Shown here in pieces: positions 9,403 to 19,105 of a DNA stretch of 36,408 bases. Below the pieces are notes generated by a model that was not told the DNA's origin, made no database searches, and was given only the letters and a program-made list of their open reading frames with translations. The stretch lies in the IMG/VR virus record IMGVR_UViG_3300028588_000056, positions 1 to 36,408 of that record. One strand, given 5' to 3'. A program made the position numbers and the translations under genes. Position 1 is the first letter of the stretch, and each line of letters opens with the position of its first letter. The DNA is from a virus. Its lineage: Duplodnaviria; Caudoviricetes.

Positions 9403-9510
9403 AGTTCATCCTTCGCGGGAAGATGGCGCACCGACCCGCCCCACACCCGCGATGGCGGGGCGAGCCGGTGCATGAGGGTAGAAGCCGGCGTCGCGGGCGC
9501 CGGAACTCAG

Positions 9511-9966
9511 TCAGGAGGCCGGCGCGGCGACCTTCACGATCGGCGTGCTGATCTCCACAGTCGGGGCCGCCATAAGGATCGTGTCGGCGTTGTCGGCAGT
9601 TTCGGGATTGCCGAACACGCGGCCGCCGAAATATCGCTTCGCCCCGGTCGGATAGGTGACCATGAACGAATAGAGTTTGGAGGTGGCATCGTCTGCGGCG
9701 GTGCGAACCAGAGTCTGCCCCGCATCCGCTTCGTCGATCGCGAACGAAGGCTGAAGCGAACCATAGTTCACCGAGCCCTTGTGCTTCTCGGTTGCTCCCT
9801 TGAGCGGCTTGAACTCGACCACCGCAAAGGCGGCACCGAGCGAGCCAATCTTGTCGACGCCGCCAACCTCAGTGAACGTCAGCGCGGCATAGCCAGTGGC
9901 GTCGCGCGTCGCAGGCGCTGCGGCCGAGATCGCGATCGTCGAGCCTGCGGCAGTGCTGGAACCCAT
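9511..9966 (-). CDS. Major tail (tube) protein
   Basis: 151 aa beta-rich, KHKGSVNYGSL and DAGQ motifs typical of siphoviral tube proteins; AGGAG RBS; synteny. Confidence 0.85.
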   Translation of the reverse strand: MGSSTAAGSTIAISAAAPATRDATGYAALTFTEVGGVDKIGSLGAAFAVVEFKPLKGATEKHKGSVNYGSLQPSFAIDEADAGQTLVRTAADDATSKLYSFMVTYPTGAKRYFGGRVFGNPETADNADTILMAAPTVEISTPIVKVAAPAS

Positions 9967-10027
9967 ATTCTTTCTCCTAAATACCCGGCAGGATCAGCCG
10001 GCGGTGACTGCCCTGCTGGGCAGGGGA

Positions 10028-10210
10028 TCAGGCGGCGGGCTTGGCCGGTGCCTTGGCATCCGGGTCCGCAATCAGGCCGGCGGCGAGGTAGTTCGCATGC
10101 TCGCCCAGCTCGAAGTCGTGGGACTTCCCGGCGCTGAAGCTCTTGCCGGTGCCGGCGTCGCTGAAATCGCGAACGGGAACACCCGCCTTAATCTTCGGTG
10201 CAGTCGACAC
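10028..10210 (-). CDS. Small hypothetical virion-region protein
   Basis: 60 aa, AAGGAG RBS before GTG, synteny before tail tube. Confidence 0.7.
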   Translation of the reverse strand: MSTAPKIKAGVPVRDFSDAGTGKSFSAGKSHDFELGEHANYLAAGLIADPDAKAPAKPAA

Positions 10211-10631
10211 AGTCGTTCTCCTTTGGTGAAACTTGCAGCGCGTCGTGGCTGACGCGGAAATCTTGGGTTCGCTCGAACGTGTTGCCGGGCCCGTTCAGGT
10301 CCGGCCCCGCCCCTGCGGTGAGGATCGAGCAGCGCCGCGCGCCAGCGAGGTCACCGACCTTGCCGGCGCAAGCGCTGACAACCAGCTTCATCACCGCCAC
10401 CTGCTCGCGATAGTCACGTGCCCGCACCGTCACCGACACACGGTCAATTGTGCGGACGAAGCCGCCGCGCTTGAGCGGTTGCTGCTCTACGGAGCTGACC
10501 ACCCGCACCAGCAGCGCCGGCAGAGCAGCTTCGTCGGGCAGCCTGCCCAGCTTGATGCTCGCAGCCGCCACCAGGGCGGCGAGCGGGGCGTCTTCGCGCA
10601 ACAGCGTGCCGACGATGTTCCCGCCCGTCAC
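10188..10631 (-). CDS. Tail completion/terminator protein (DUF3168-like)
   Basis: Size and position after gp10-like gene; GTGA coupling. Confidence 0.7.
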   Translation of the reverse strand: MTGGNIVGTLLREDAPLAALVAAASIKLGRLPDEAALPALLVRVVSSVEQQPLKRGGFVRTIDRVSVTVRARDYREQVAVMKLVVSACAGKVGDLAGARRCSILTAGAGPDLNGPGNTFERTQDFRVSHDALQVSPKENDCVDCTED

Positions 10632-11155
10632 TCGTCATCCCCTTCAGCGGTGCCGACGATGCCCGAGCGGGTCACGCGGCTGTTGATGTAGCTCTGCGCC
10701 GCAGCCACGGCCTCGGCTTCCTTGCGATCCAGGGCAGGGCGGAACGTCGGGTGCGGCCGCGCGCCAGGGTGGTGAACCGTGGCACCCACCGGCTTGCCCG
10801 CAATCACCAGCGTGCCCGCTTTGCCCAGCTTGTTGATGCGATTGGCGGTCATGCCCTGCCGCTGACTGTCGTCGACGGTGATGAAGTGCGGGTCGGTGCC
10901 GTATTCCAGCCAGATCGCGACCGAGCGAGCCCAGCCTGGCTTCACGTCGATCTTCACGACGATCCGGCCGTCGCCGGCCTGCGACCGCATGCGGAGGTTG
11001 TCGCGCACATCGTCCGAGGGCGTCTCTTCGGCGATTTCGTCCATGATCACCTTGCCGCCAGCCCGAGCTGCACCGCGCAGCAACTTCCGCTCGATCTCTT
11101 CCGGCAGCTGGGCGAGATACCGCTTCACCTCGGAGCGGCCCTTCACGGTCGGCAT
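10628..11155 (-). CDS. HK97 gp10-like neck/tail component
   Basis: WLEYGT and HPGARPHPTFRPALD motifs; ATG 11155 overlaps upstream stop. Confidence 0.9.
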   Translation of the reverse strand: MPTVKGRSEVKRYLAQLPEEIERKLLRGAARAGGKVIMDEIAEETPSDDVRDNLRMRSQAGDGRIVVKIDVKPGWARSVAIWLEYGTDPHFITVDDSQRQGMTANRINKLGKAGTLVIAGKPVGATVHHPGARPHPTFRPALDRKEAEAVAAAQSYINSRVTRSGIVGTAEGDDE

Positions 11156-11544
11156 CAGGCGCCGTTCCCGGCAGGCCGATATTCCTCCACCATGAACTCC
11201 AACCATTGGCGGCGGCCGATCTCGGCGGGCTCCGTGATGATCTGAGCGGTGCGGCCGGTCTGCCAGTACGGCTGACCTTCCGCGTCCTTCAGATTGCGAC
11301 CAACCAACACGCGCATGTCAGGGGTGATCCCGGCACGGTAGCGGATGCGAACACGAGCGGGGCGGGTGGCGACGTTGATGCCGTCGGCCAGCTTTTCGCC
11401 CCGACTTGGGAGCGCGTCCTGGACCTGAGCCCATGTTTCAGTAACAAGGCCCCAGGTCCCGGCGCCGGCCCCATCAAGGGAGGTGTCGGCAACCGGACGC
11501 TCGATGCGAATACGGCGGTCAAGATCGCGGCTGCTTATCGGCAT
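11155..11544 (-). CDS. Head closure (head-tail adaptor, SPP1 gp16-like)
   Basis: LDRRIRIER...WAQV...IRYRAGITPDMRV motifs; TGATG coupling. Confidence 0.9.
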   Translation of the reverse strand: MPISSRDLDRRIRIERPVADTSLDGAGAGTWGLVTETWAQVQDALPSRGEKLADGINVATRPARVRIRYRAGITPDMRVLVGRNLKDAEGQPYWQTGRTAQIITEPAEIGRRQWLEFMVEEYRPAGNGA

Positions 11545-12086
11545 CAGCCTGCCACCGGCACGCGATCGATGTCGCAAAGCATGGTGAAGCTCTTCGGCAC
11601 CTCATCAAGGTTCCCACCGTCGTAGAGGTGCTGGATCAGCAAGAGCGCAGCCGTGCGCAGGGTTGGCGCGTCGACGGCTAAGTCCTCATAGCCAGCGACG
11701 AATTCGATCTTGGCCACGCCAGCGCCCCGCGAGGTCGTGGGCCACCAGCCTGCGACTACCGGAGCCAAGCGATCGTCTACCAGACGCCACAGCCCAACAG
11801 CATCGCATGTGCCGCCCAGCTGATCGACATAGGTCACGCGGCTGACTTCGCTGACCGGCTCGCGAGGGAGCGTGATCAGACCATCCCCGAAGCCGTCTAG
11901 GGTCGCGACCCAAGCACGCCGCTGGAGTGAGACACAGCTTCGCTTTTCCACGAATTGCAGGGCGGTTAGCCGGAGCGCTTCTGCCGTCGCATCGAGGGTG
12001 TCGAGCTTCAGCTGCTGAAGAACAAGCGCGTCCGGCAGCACCGTTGCTGGATCGAGCGGGGCGGCCGCTCGGATAGTCATACCCAT
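11544..12086 (-). CDS. Head-tail connector protein (HK97 gp6-like)
   Basis: LPREPV, IEFVAGY, AALLLIQHLY motifs; GGAG RBS. Confidence 0.88.
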   Translation of the reverse strand: MGMTIRAAAPLDPATVLPDALVLQQLKLDTLDATAEALRLTALQFVEKRSCVSLQRRAWVATLDGFGDGLITLPREPVSEVSRVTYVDQLGGTCDAVGLWRLVDDRLAPVVAGWWPTTSRGAGVAKIEFVAGYEDLAVDAPTLRTAALLLIQHLYDGGNLDEVPKSFTMLCDIDRVPVAG

Positions 12087-12099
12087 GGCCGCCCCTCCC

Positions 12100-12765
12100 C
12101 TACTTGCCGCGAGTGGACTTTGCAGGCGCCGGGGTCTCGCCCTGCTGCTGCTCGGTCACGGGCTTGGTTGCTTCGGCAAGCTGTGCTTCCAGCTCGTCCG
12201 CACGGGTCCGCTCTGCGGCCAGTGCGGTTTCGGCCTCCGAGCGACCGGCGTCAGCTCCCGCGAGTTCGGTCATCACGCGGGCCAGCTCGTCACGCGTGTC
12301 GGCGTGCCCGGCTTTCTCGGCATCGAGGTCGGCAATCAGCGCATCCCTTGCCGTGACGTGAGTTTCGTCCATCTCACGAAGCAGCACAGCGCTGTCCGCC
12401 AGTTCAGCGGTCAGGCGCTCGATCTTAACACCGGCGGACGCGGTCTGCTGATCACCTCCAACGAAGGCGGCATTCCCCGGCCCGGTCGTAGCACGCTGGG
12501 GAGCATCCAGGCCGAGCATCAGCTCGCCCGCACGCCCGCCGCTGCCGAAGCGGTGGTCGCCGGGGGTGACCACTTGGGCAACGATCGTCTCCGTCACGAT
12601 GGGGCGATGATCCTGATCGACCAAGCCGTCGGCCGTGACATAGGCAGCGACGCCCAAGCGAACGAAGTACATCTCGCTGTCGTCGGAGCGCGTGACCCGC
12701 TCGCCGACCTTGAAGGCTTCCTTGGGCACGGCGGTCGTTTCGTAGCTCTGTAGGAACTCGATCAT
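12100..12765 (-). CDS. Hypothetical protein with acidic coiled-coil C-terminus
   Basis: 221 aa ORF with GAGGAGG RBS in head module. Confidence 0.75.
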   Translation of the reverse strand: MIEFLQSYETTAVPKEAFKVGERVTRSDDSEMYFVRLGVAAYVTADGLVDQDHRPIVTETIVAQVVTPGDHRFGSGGRAGELMLGLDAPQRATTGPGNAAFVGGDQQTASAGVKIERLTAELADSAVLLREMDETHVTARDALIADLDAEKAGHADTRDELARVMTELAGADAGRSEAETALAAERTRADELEAQLAEATKPVTEQQQGETPAPAKSTRGK

Positions 12766-12775
12766 ATCGGCCTCC

Positions 12776-13225
12776 TCAGCGGATCGTCTGAGCGACGGTG
12801 GTGGACTGGTTGGCGCCGGCTGCGCCGTACCGCGGATCGAAGCCGATCAGCATTGCCGACAGAAGGCTCGCGGCCCCGCCGACGGTCACTGACAAGCGGA
12901 CGAATTTGAAGCCGCCGTTCTTGTCGAGGTCTTCGGGACGGACATTGACGGCAACCTGCTTGCTGTCGCCACTCGCCTTCACGACCTGCGTAATTGCGGA
13001 GCCGGCCACGACCTTGGCCCCCGCGCCCGCGTCGTCGGTGGCCTGCTCGACGACGGCGTCGACCGTGGCGCCCGCGCCCAGCACGCCGGTGGAGAGGACG
13101 GCGAGGATGGCGAAGAACTTGCGGGCGTCGACCCAGCCAGTGGTGACGGTCCCAGGTGCGACCTGGGCCGGGTTAATGACCGCTGCGATGCCCGCGCGGT
13201 CCGACGGGTTCAGATTACCGAACAT
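12776..13225 (-). CDS. Probable capsid decoration/minor head protein
   Basis: 149 aa Gly/Ala/Val beta-rich ORF directly after the major capsid gene. Confidence 0.65.
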   Translation of the reverse strand: MFGNLNPSDRAGIAAVINPAQVAPGTVTTGWVDARKFFAILAVLSTGVLGAGATVDAVVEQATDDAGAGAKVVAGSAITQVVKASGDSKQVAVNVRPEDLDKNGGFKFVRLSVTVGGAASLLSAMLIGFDPRYGAAGANQSTTVAQTIR

Positions 13226-13295
13226 GAGATGATCCTTCTGCTCCGATCGCCACAGTGCGATCGGCCCGCGCGGGGCGCGGGTCCGAGGCTAGGCT

Positions 13296-14600
13296 TCAGG
13301 CGCGCTCAGCGAGCGCGACGAAGTGGGACTTGGTCGTGGTGCCGTTGGCCGGAAGCACCGGCTTCGACAGGACCGGCTGACCACCGATCCGGAACACCCA
13401 GCGGAAGGCTCGGATGTTGTAGTCGAAGTATAGGTGGATCGAGTCGGCGAAGCTCACGCCGTTCTGCTTCCGGAAGGCCTCATAGCCGTTCGGGTTGACG
13501 AACTGCATGTCGCCGGCCTGGCCGATTGAGCGCGAATGCTCGTTGAAGATCACCGGGCGGCCCAGCAGCGCACCACCAGGCGACGCCTGATAGTTCGGAT
13601 ACCAGAGCGGCACGCCCGCGTCCGTCTTCAGCTCCATCAACGCGGGCAGCACATCGCTATTCAGCAACCAGCTTGCCTGCGTGGGCATGATCATGCGCGC
13701 GAACATCTTGGCGACGTTCTGACGCACGACGGAAGCGGCAGCCTGGCCCGCTTCCTTCTGAACCATGATGGTCGCGCCCGAGCTGAGCCAACCCAGCGGC
13801 TTTTCGATGCCATCGCCGTACATGAAGGCATCGGCAGCCTTCCAGCGGATTGCAGCCGCCGCGTGGGTGGTGAGCAGGGTGGAAACGCGAGGCGCATCCT
13901 CCAGCAGCTCTTCGGTCGCCAGAACGAACGCGTACAGCTCACCGAGCTTGGTCTCGCGGGGCGTCAGCTCCATGCGGCTCGGCTGCATCTGCTCGCCTTC
14001 CGAGCGCCATGCCGCGCGAATGCCGCTGGAGCCCCACGGCGTCGTTTCGTCGCCCAGCCCAATCACTCGGTTGGAGGAAGTCGGATCGGGCGAAATCAGG
14101 TCCATAATCGGATCGTTGCCGTCGTCGAAGACGAGGTTGACGATCTGCTGCCGGAACTCGGCAGGGACAAGATAGCTGCCTGCGGCGTCGCCCTGCTCCA
14201 TGTGAACGTTGGCAGGAGCCGCGAGGCGATCATCGCGGCGGAAGTTCTGGCCTGCCTGCGGGTTGGCGAAGCGAACGGCAGAGGCGAACTCAGCAAGGTT
14301 GCCGAAGCCGCCATTGTCGAGAGGCGGGCGAGCCTGCGCGGGAACGCTGGCCGCAGGCGGTCCCGTCGAGGGCGGCGGCGAAGCCGGGTCCGCTCCGATT
14401 GCCGAGGCGGCGGCCATGGCGGTCTCCGCGCGCTGGATAGACGCGGTGAGGCGCGCCAGACTCGCGGCATCTGCCTGGTCTGCCGCCTCTTCCTCGGCAG
14501 TGAGGTCGCGATTTTCGGTAATGGCCGTGTTGAGGCGTTCCTGCTGCCGCTTAGCGACCGCACGCGCCTCCGTCTTCAACACTGCGATATTGATCGTCAT
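13296..14600 (-). CDS. Major capsid protein (HK97 fold) with N-terminal delta domain
   Basis: GSYLVP, TEELLEDA, GDGIEKPLG, LLGRPV motifs. Confidence 0.96.
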   Translation of the reverse strand: MTINIAVLKTEARAVAKRQQERLNTAITENRDLTAEEEAADQADAASLARLTASIQRAETAMAAASAIGADPASPPPSTGPPAASVPAQARPPLDNGGFGNLAEFASAVRFANPQAGQNFRRDDRLAAPANVHMEQGDAAGSYLVPAEFRQQIVNLVFDDGNDPIMDLISPDPTSSNRVIGLGDETTPWGSSGIRAAWRSEGEQMQPSRMELTPRETKLGELYAFVLATEELLEDAPRVSTLLTTHAAAAIRWKAADAFMYGDGIEKPLGWLSSGATIMVQKEAGQAAASVVRQNVAKMFARMIMPTQASWLLNSDVLPALMELKTDAGVPLWYPNYQASPGGALLGRPVIFNEHSRSIGQAGDMQFVNPNGYEAFRKQNGVSFADSIHLYFDYNIRAFRWVFRIGGQPVLSKPVLPANGTTTKSHFVALAERA

Positions 14601-14629
14601 CGCATTTCCTTTCGGGCGCGTGGCCCATG

Positions 14630-14653
14630 AAAAAAGGCGGCCGAAGCCGCCTT
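14630..14653 (-). terminator. Rho-independent terminator-like hairpin between protease and capsid genes
   Basis: Minus strand AAGGCGGC-TTCG-GCCGCCTT followed by T-run. Confidence 0.75.
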
Positions 14654-14678
14654 GTCCGCCGGGAATGGCGAAACCTGG

Positions 14679-15554
14679 TTAGATGGAGAGCCCCAGCTCC
14701 ACCGCTGCTGCCTGCCGCCGCATCAGCGACAGCCTGGCACGGCTGCTGTTGTATTGAGCCACGACCTCGCGCAGCGTGCTGATCCCGTCGATCGCGCCGT
14801 TCGCGAGCGCCTGACGAGACGAGTAGGTTTTGCCCGAGCCGTGGATGCGGGCGACATCGCCAGCCTTGATCCCTCGGCCCTTGGCGATGGCTGCGGTGAA
14901 CTGAGCGTTCGCATCGTCGACGCCAGCCTGGATCTCGGCGCGATCTTCGTCCGTGAGCGCGGCATAGGGGTGCCCGGCGATCTTGTCGGGTGACGACGCG
15001 ATCAGCGTCGTCTTCATCCCGATCTTGTCCTCAAAGCCGGACATATCCTTGTGACCGGAGCGGACGCCGACCGAACCGACTTCGCCGCTGGTCGTGCAGT
15101 GGAAGGCACTGGCTTGCGTCGCCAGCCAGTAGGCGGCCGAGAAGCAATATGGGTCCGCGACCGCAACCACAGGCTTGGACTGGCGAGCTTCGAAGATCGC
15201 ATCTCCCGCCTCGGCGCAGCCCCAGACGTACCCCCCTGGGCTGCGCACCGCCAGGACGATTGCTCCGATCTTGGTGTCAGCGGCGGCTTCGCGCACGCGA
15301 TCGGCGATGACGTCGTAATAGGTCGCGCCATACAGCCCACGCGGCGCGAGCGTGCCGACGATCGGCAGGATCAGCGTCGAGCCATCCCGGATCGGGTCGG
15401 CCTGCTTTGCCTGTTGCTGTGCGCCGCCCATCGTTGCCGCCAGCTGGCGCAGGGTGTCGGGCAGCATCGCCTCGATCGAGCCGCTGCGGAGCATGCTATC
15501 GAGAAAGGAAGGATGCATTGCCCACAGGGCAGACGCGACGGGCGTGCGGTCCAT
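14679..15554 (-). CDS. Prohead protease, S49 (SppA/ClpP-like) family
   Basis: SPGG, SAAYWLA, VGSVGV, A..GAID motifs. Confidence 0.95.
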   Translation of the reverse strand: MDRTPVASALWAMHPSFLDSMLRSGSIEAMLPDTLRQLAATMGGAQQQAKQADPIRDGSTLILPIVGTLAPRGLYGATYYDVIADRVREAAADTKIGAIVLAVRSPGGYVWGCAEAGDAIFEARQSKPVVAVADPYCFSAAYWLATQASAFHCTTSGEVGSVGVRSGHKDMSGFEDKIGMKTTLIASSPDKIAGHPYAALTDEDRAEIQAGVDDANAQFTAAIAKGRGIKAGDVARIHGSGKTYSSRQALANGAIDGISTLREVVAQYNSSRARLSLMRRQAAAVELGLSI

Positions 15555-15555
15555 C

Positions 15556-16815
15556 TTAGTTCACCTTGTCTTGCGGCGCGGTCTCGCCGCCCGTGGCGGT
15601 GTCGGCCGCCCGATTGCTGTTGAGGGCCGCGCGCGGGTCGCGCGACCAATCCTCATTGAACGGTGCGAGGCCGAACCAACCGCTGCGCAGCTCGTCGACA
15701 CTCATCACCGATGCAGTTCGCGCCAGCACGGCGTTCCGCCACTGGGTTGCCGCATCGCCACGAAGCATGCTGTCGAGGTTGAACTTGGCGCGGATGCCAG
15801 CAGCTCGAATATCGGGCGGGAGCATCCGCACATTGATCCCCTGCTCGATCCGCCGCGTAAGCGGGCGAACCGCCCAGTTGACGAAGCTGCGGGTGTCCTG
15901 CTCGTTGTTGCCGGCGTTGCCGCCTTCATCGGACACCATGGAGCGGGGGATGCGCCAATAGCGCGCCAGCTCCAGCGTCCGCTGCTTGAACAGATCGACT
16001 AGCTCGGCGTCTTTATTCGAGGACGAAATCGCCTCATACTTCACCCCCTGTTCGAATACGGGAGTTCCGCCCTTCTTCCAGGTGGCGACACCTTCCTTCA
16101 AGCGTGAGTGAGACTCTGGCGTCAGCTTCTGTTCGGTCGACACCACGCCGGAGGGGCGCCGATCATTCCGGAAATAGGCGCGGGCACCAACCTCCAGCGC
16201 CAGCTGGAAGTCGATTGCTCCCTTTGCCTGCTTCCAGGGCGTGAGAGGGCGCAGCGTCCCGTCCGACAACGCGGTGAACCAGAACAGCTGCTGAGGCAGA
16301 AGGCGGCGGGCGCCCTGTTCGGATTGATAGATCACGGACATGCTCCGCTCTCCCCATTCCGAAGTGACGCGGAGCGGATTGAGCGGCCAGATCTCGACAC
16401 CATCGAAGCCGACCGTGGGTTCCGCGAACGCCTCGCCGCGCAGCACCGCGCTGTATGCCATGGCTGCCCAGAACTCGGCGCCAGTTTGCAACGGGTTCGG
16501 CTCGTAGGCCAGTACGTTGGCCAGCGGGAAGTCGTTGCGCGGCCCGTGATCATCCTTGAACTCAAGCCCAAGGCTGCCGACAGCCTCTGCGATGATCGAC
16601 ACGCAGAAGAACACGGCGGCGACGCGCGCCGCCGTTTCAGGCGTATTCGCCTCCATCGGGAGCTGCGACATCGACGACCAGACTTCGTCGCCGAAAAAGC
16701 GACCGTCAGTGACGTTCGATGGCGCGGGGCGGCTCATGGTGGAGCCGCCGCTCACGAAACCTTCGGCGCTGTTATACCCGCGACGGGCGCGGACGTAATC
16801 GTCAGGACCCATCAC
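15556..16815 (-). CDS. Portal protein (HK97 family)
   Basis: AVFFCVSIIAEAVGSL, PNPLQTGAEFW, FNLDSMLRGD motifs. Confidence 0.96.
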   Translation of the reverse strand: MMGPDDYVRARRGYNSAEGFVSGGSTMSRPAPSNVTDGRFFGDEVWSSMSQLPMEANTPETAARVAAVFFCVSIIAEAVGSLGLEFKDDHGPRNDFPLANVLAYEPNPLQTGAEFWAAMAYSAVLRGEAFAEPTVGFDGVEIWPLNPLRVTSEWGERSMSVIYQSEQGARRLLPQQLFWFTALSDGTLRPLTPWKQAKGAIDFQLALEVGARAYFRNDRRPSGVVSTEQKLTPESHSRLKEGVATWKKGGTPVFEQGVKYEAISSSNKDAELVDLFKQRTLELARYWRIPRSMVSDEGGNAGNNEQDTRSFVNWAVRPLTRRIEQGINVRMLPPDIRAAGIRAKFNLDSMLRGDAATQWRNAVLARTASVMSVDELRSGWFGLAPFNEDWSRDPRAALNSNRAADTATGGETAPQDKVN

Positions 16816-18545
16816 AGCACCACCATTCCGCGTTCCTCATAGACGAAGCCGCCTGAGGCCTCGGGACTCTCCGTCATCAGCATGACGGCGTTGAACATGG
16901 CCGCGAGCGGATCGATCTTCGCGCTGGGCGAAGCCTTCACGATCGCGACCGCGCTGGTGCCGCGAGGCTCCATCTTTGCGTTGCCAATGCACCACTGCAT
17001 CAGCTTCGTGCCGCCGTGCCGCATGGTGCGCGCGCCCAGCTTGCGAGCGGCGCCCTTGATGGCGGCGCTCAGCTTGTAGCCCTGGCCGATCGAGCGCAGC
17101 TGCTCTTCGTCGAACTCACGGGCTGTCAGCTCGTCCACGATTGCCGAGACCCCAACGGGATCAAGCCCAATGGCGTCCGTCGCCGGGAACAGGCCCGCAT
17201 CACGGACTTGGGCGAGGATGTCGACAACACCCCGCACATCCTCGGTCAACTCCTCCGCGTCATCACGCTCAAGAGCGACGGACGCCACACTGGGCATCTC
17301 GCAGCGGATCAGCGTCTTCTCAGCCACAAGCTCATCGAGTTTCGTCACGATGTCCTTGCGGCGGTCCCAGACGATCGACCACGCCCAAGCACGCGTCCAA
17401 ACCAGCCAGCGCTTGGACCCTTTTTCCCGACCGATCAGGCAAAGGCCCAACAGATCGTCCAGGCCACCGCCGTCAATGCCGGCGACGATCACTTCCGAGC
17501 GTCGGATCAAATCCTCCAGCGATAGCGAACTTTCGGCTGCCGCGTCCCAGAACTCAGCGCCGGTCCAGCGGTCGCGCGCCAAGCGCGTGCCGATCTCGAC
17601 GTTCAGGTGCTTGGCGAGGAACACCTGCAACGCACCAGGCTCGCCTTGCTGCGCTTCGATCAGCTTTTCTTCGATGTACTCGGCATCAACCGAGCGGCCG
17701 ATGTTCGGGTTCGTGACGTAGAAGTTTGCTGGATCGAGGTATGCCTCGGCCTCCAGCATCTTCTCAGGCCATTCGTACAGCACGCCCAGCTTGCGCTTGT
17801 TCGCTATCGTGCCGTCCCGGATTCCTCGAAATTGGTCCAGCTTCTCCTTAAACACGCCGCGCGGCGGTTCGTCGCTGTGGGTCGACAGATAGACGGTGAA
17901 GCCCTCCGGCCGGGAAACCCGCCCGCCCGTGGCCTCCATCAACATCGCTGCGGCCTTCGGGTCCTTTCCGAAAATCCAAAGCTCATCGACCAGTACGAAG
18001 GCTGCCTTCTTGCCCGTGACAACACCGGCATCGGCCGACACCACCTTCAGCTCGGCCTCATTCACCCGATGCTTGATGATCCGCTGGTGGTCGATCGGCT
18101 GGAGTATCTGAAGCAGTTCCGGGTCGGCCCGCACCATGCCTGCGGCGGGCGTGAATACGTTGTTCGCAACTTCCAGCGTCGGCGCCAGCACCAGCAGCTC
18201 GGCCGAGTGTCGCCAGTTGCGGATGAGCGCCGTGATCATGATGCCGGCGGCGATCGTCGATTTTGAGTTCTTCTTGCTGATCAGGAGCATGAACTCCCAG
18301 ATCACCCGCCGTCCGACCTCCGCATCATAGGCGCCAAAGATTGCCTCGACGAAGTCGAACACGAACGGTTCGCAGGCCTCTCCGAAAGTCGGCATGCCGG
18401 GCACGTCAACGATGCGCAGCGACTTGAACACTTCCAGAGCCGCTTCGGCTTCGTCTGGGAACAGCGGCTCCATCGGGACCAATGAACGACCATCAACGAT
18501 CCGCTCCCTCCAATCGGGGCAGGCGGTCGACCAGGTGCGTTCCAT
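16812..18545 (-). CDS. terL: Terminase large subunit
   Basis: Walker A variant ISKKNSKST, Walker B VLVDE, nuclease GIDGGGLDD and KIDP. Confidence 0.96.
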   Translation of the reverse strand: MERTWSTACPDWRERIVDGRSLVPMEPLFPDEAEAALEVFKSLRIVDVPGMPTFGEACEPFVFDFVEAIFGAYDAEVGRRVIWEFMLLISKKNSKSTIAAGIMITALIRNWRHSAELLVLAPTLEVANNVFTPAAGMVRADPELLQILQPIDHQRIIKHRVNEAELKVVSADAGVVTGKKAAFVLVDELWIFGKDPKAAAMLMEATGGRVSRPEGFTVYLSTHSDEPPRGVFKEKLDQFRGIRDGTIANKRKLGVLYEWPEKMLEAEAYLDPANFYVTNPNIGRSVDAEYIEEKLIEAQQGEPGALQVFLAKHLNVEIGTRLARDRWTGAEFWDAAAESSLSLEDLIRRSEVIVAGIDGGGLDDLLGLCLIGREKGSKRWLVWTRAWAWSIVWDRRKDIVTKLDELVAEKTLIRCEMPSVASVALERDDAEELTEDVRGVVDILAQVRDAGLFPATDAIGLDPVGVSAIVDELTAREFDEEQLRSIGQGYKLSAAIKGAARKLGARTMRHGGTKLMQWCIGNAKMEPRGTSAVAIVKASPSAKIDPLAAMFNAVMLMTESPEASGGFVYEERGMVVL

Positions 18546-18546
18546 G

Positions 18547-19029
18547 TCAGTTGATCAGGCGCGACGGTGCGGCAGGGGGAGCGTACTTCCCCTGCACCTC
18601 GCCGGCCGCAGCTTTCAACTGCGCCTTCTTCCCCAGCTTCTGCCCTTTAGTCGGGGCACCGTTGCGCCCGCGATCGGCGACGCGAGTGGCGAGGTCCGCC
18701 TGGGCGGCCTTGTCGAGCCGCTTGAGCAGCTCCTTCTCCGCCGCGACGTTGCCGGTCGCCGCCGAGTCATTCAGCCGCGACAGCTGCGTCATCTCCATGC
18801 GGAGACGCGCGTCGTTGCGCTTTGCGACTTCGGCAAAATAATGCTTCCGCAGCGTGGGGACCGACACCCCTATGGCCGTTGCCGCCTCTTTCACGCTCAG
18901 ACCGCGCGCAAACGCCAGAAGCACCTTGTTCGAGTTCTCGCGAGACCACGAATGCTCTGGCCGTCCACGGCCATCTTTGCTCGGCAGGACGGGATCGCCG
19001 AACAGGTCGCGCCCCAAATCCTCCGACAT
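18547..19029 (-). CDS. Probable terminase small subunit (HTH)
   Basis: DLFG..GRGRP..HTH (AATAIGVSVPTLRKHY); immediately upstream of terL. Confidence 0.8.
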   Translation of the reverse strand: MSEDLGRDLFGDPVLPSKDGRGRPEHSWSRENSNKVLLAFARGLSVKEAATAIGVSVPTLRKHYFAEVAKRNDARLRMEMTQLSRLNDSAATGNVAAEKELLKRLDKAAQADLATRVADRGRNGAPTKGQKLGKKAQLKAAAGEVQGKYAPPAAPSRLIN

Positions 19030-19084
19030 TAATAAAAAATCCCTGCGTGGCATCGATAGCGGTCTAGGGGCTGCGGCCCCGGCC

Positions 19085-19105
19085 CAGTTGACACCCCCCC
19101 CTTAC
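19085..19105. other. Candidate cos site region
   Basis: G-run (minus strand AAGGGGGGGGTGTCAA) between HNH and small terminase genes, where HK97-like cos sites usually lie; inference only. Confidence 0.45.

Noticed and set aside
10188-10240. C-terminal CVDC of the tail completion protein as a metal site
   Set aside because: Lies in the overlap with the next gene's RBS/start; more likely an incidental extension
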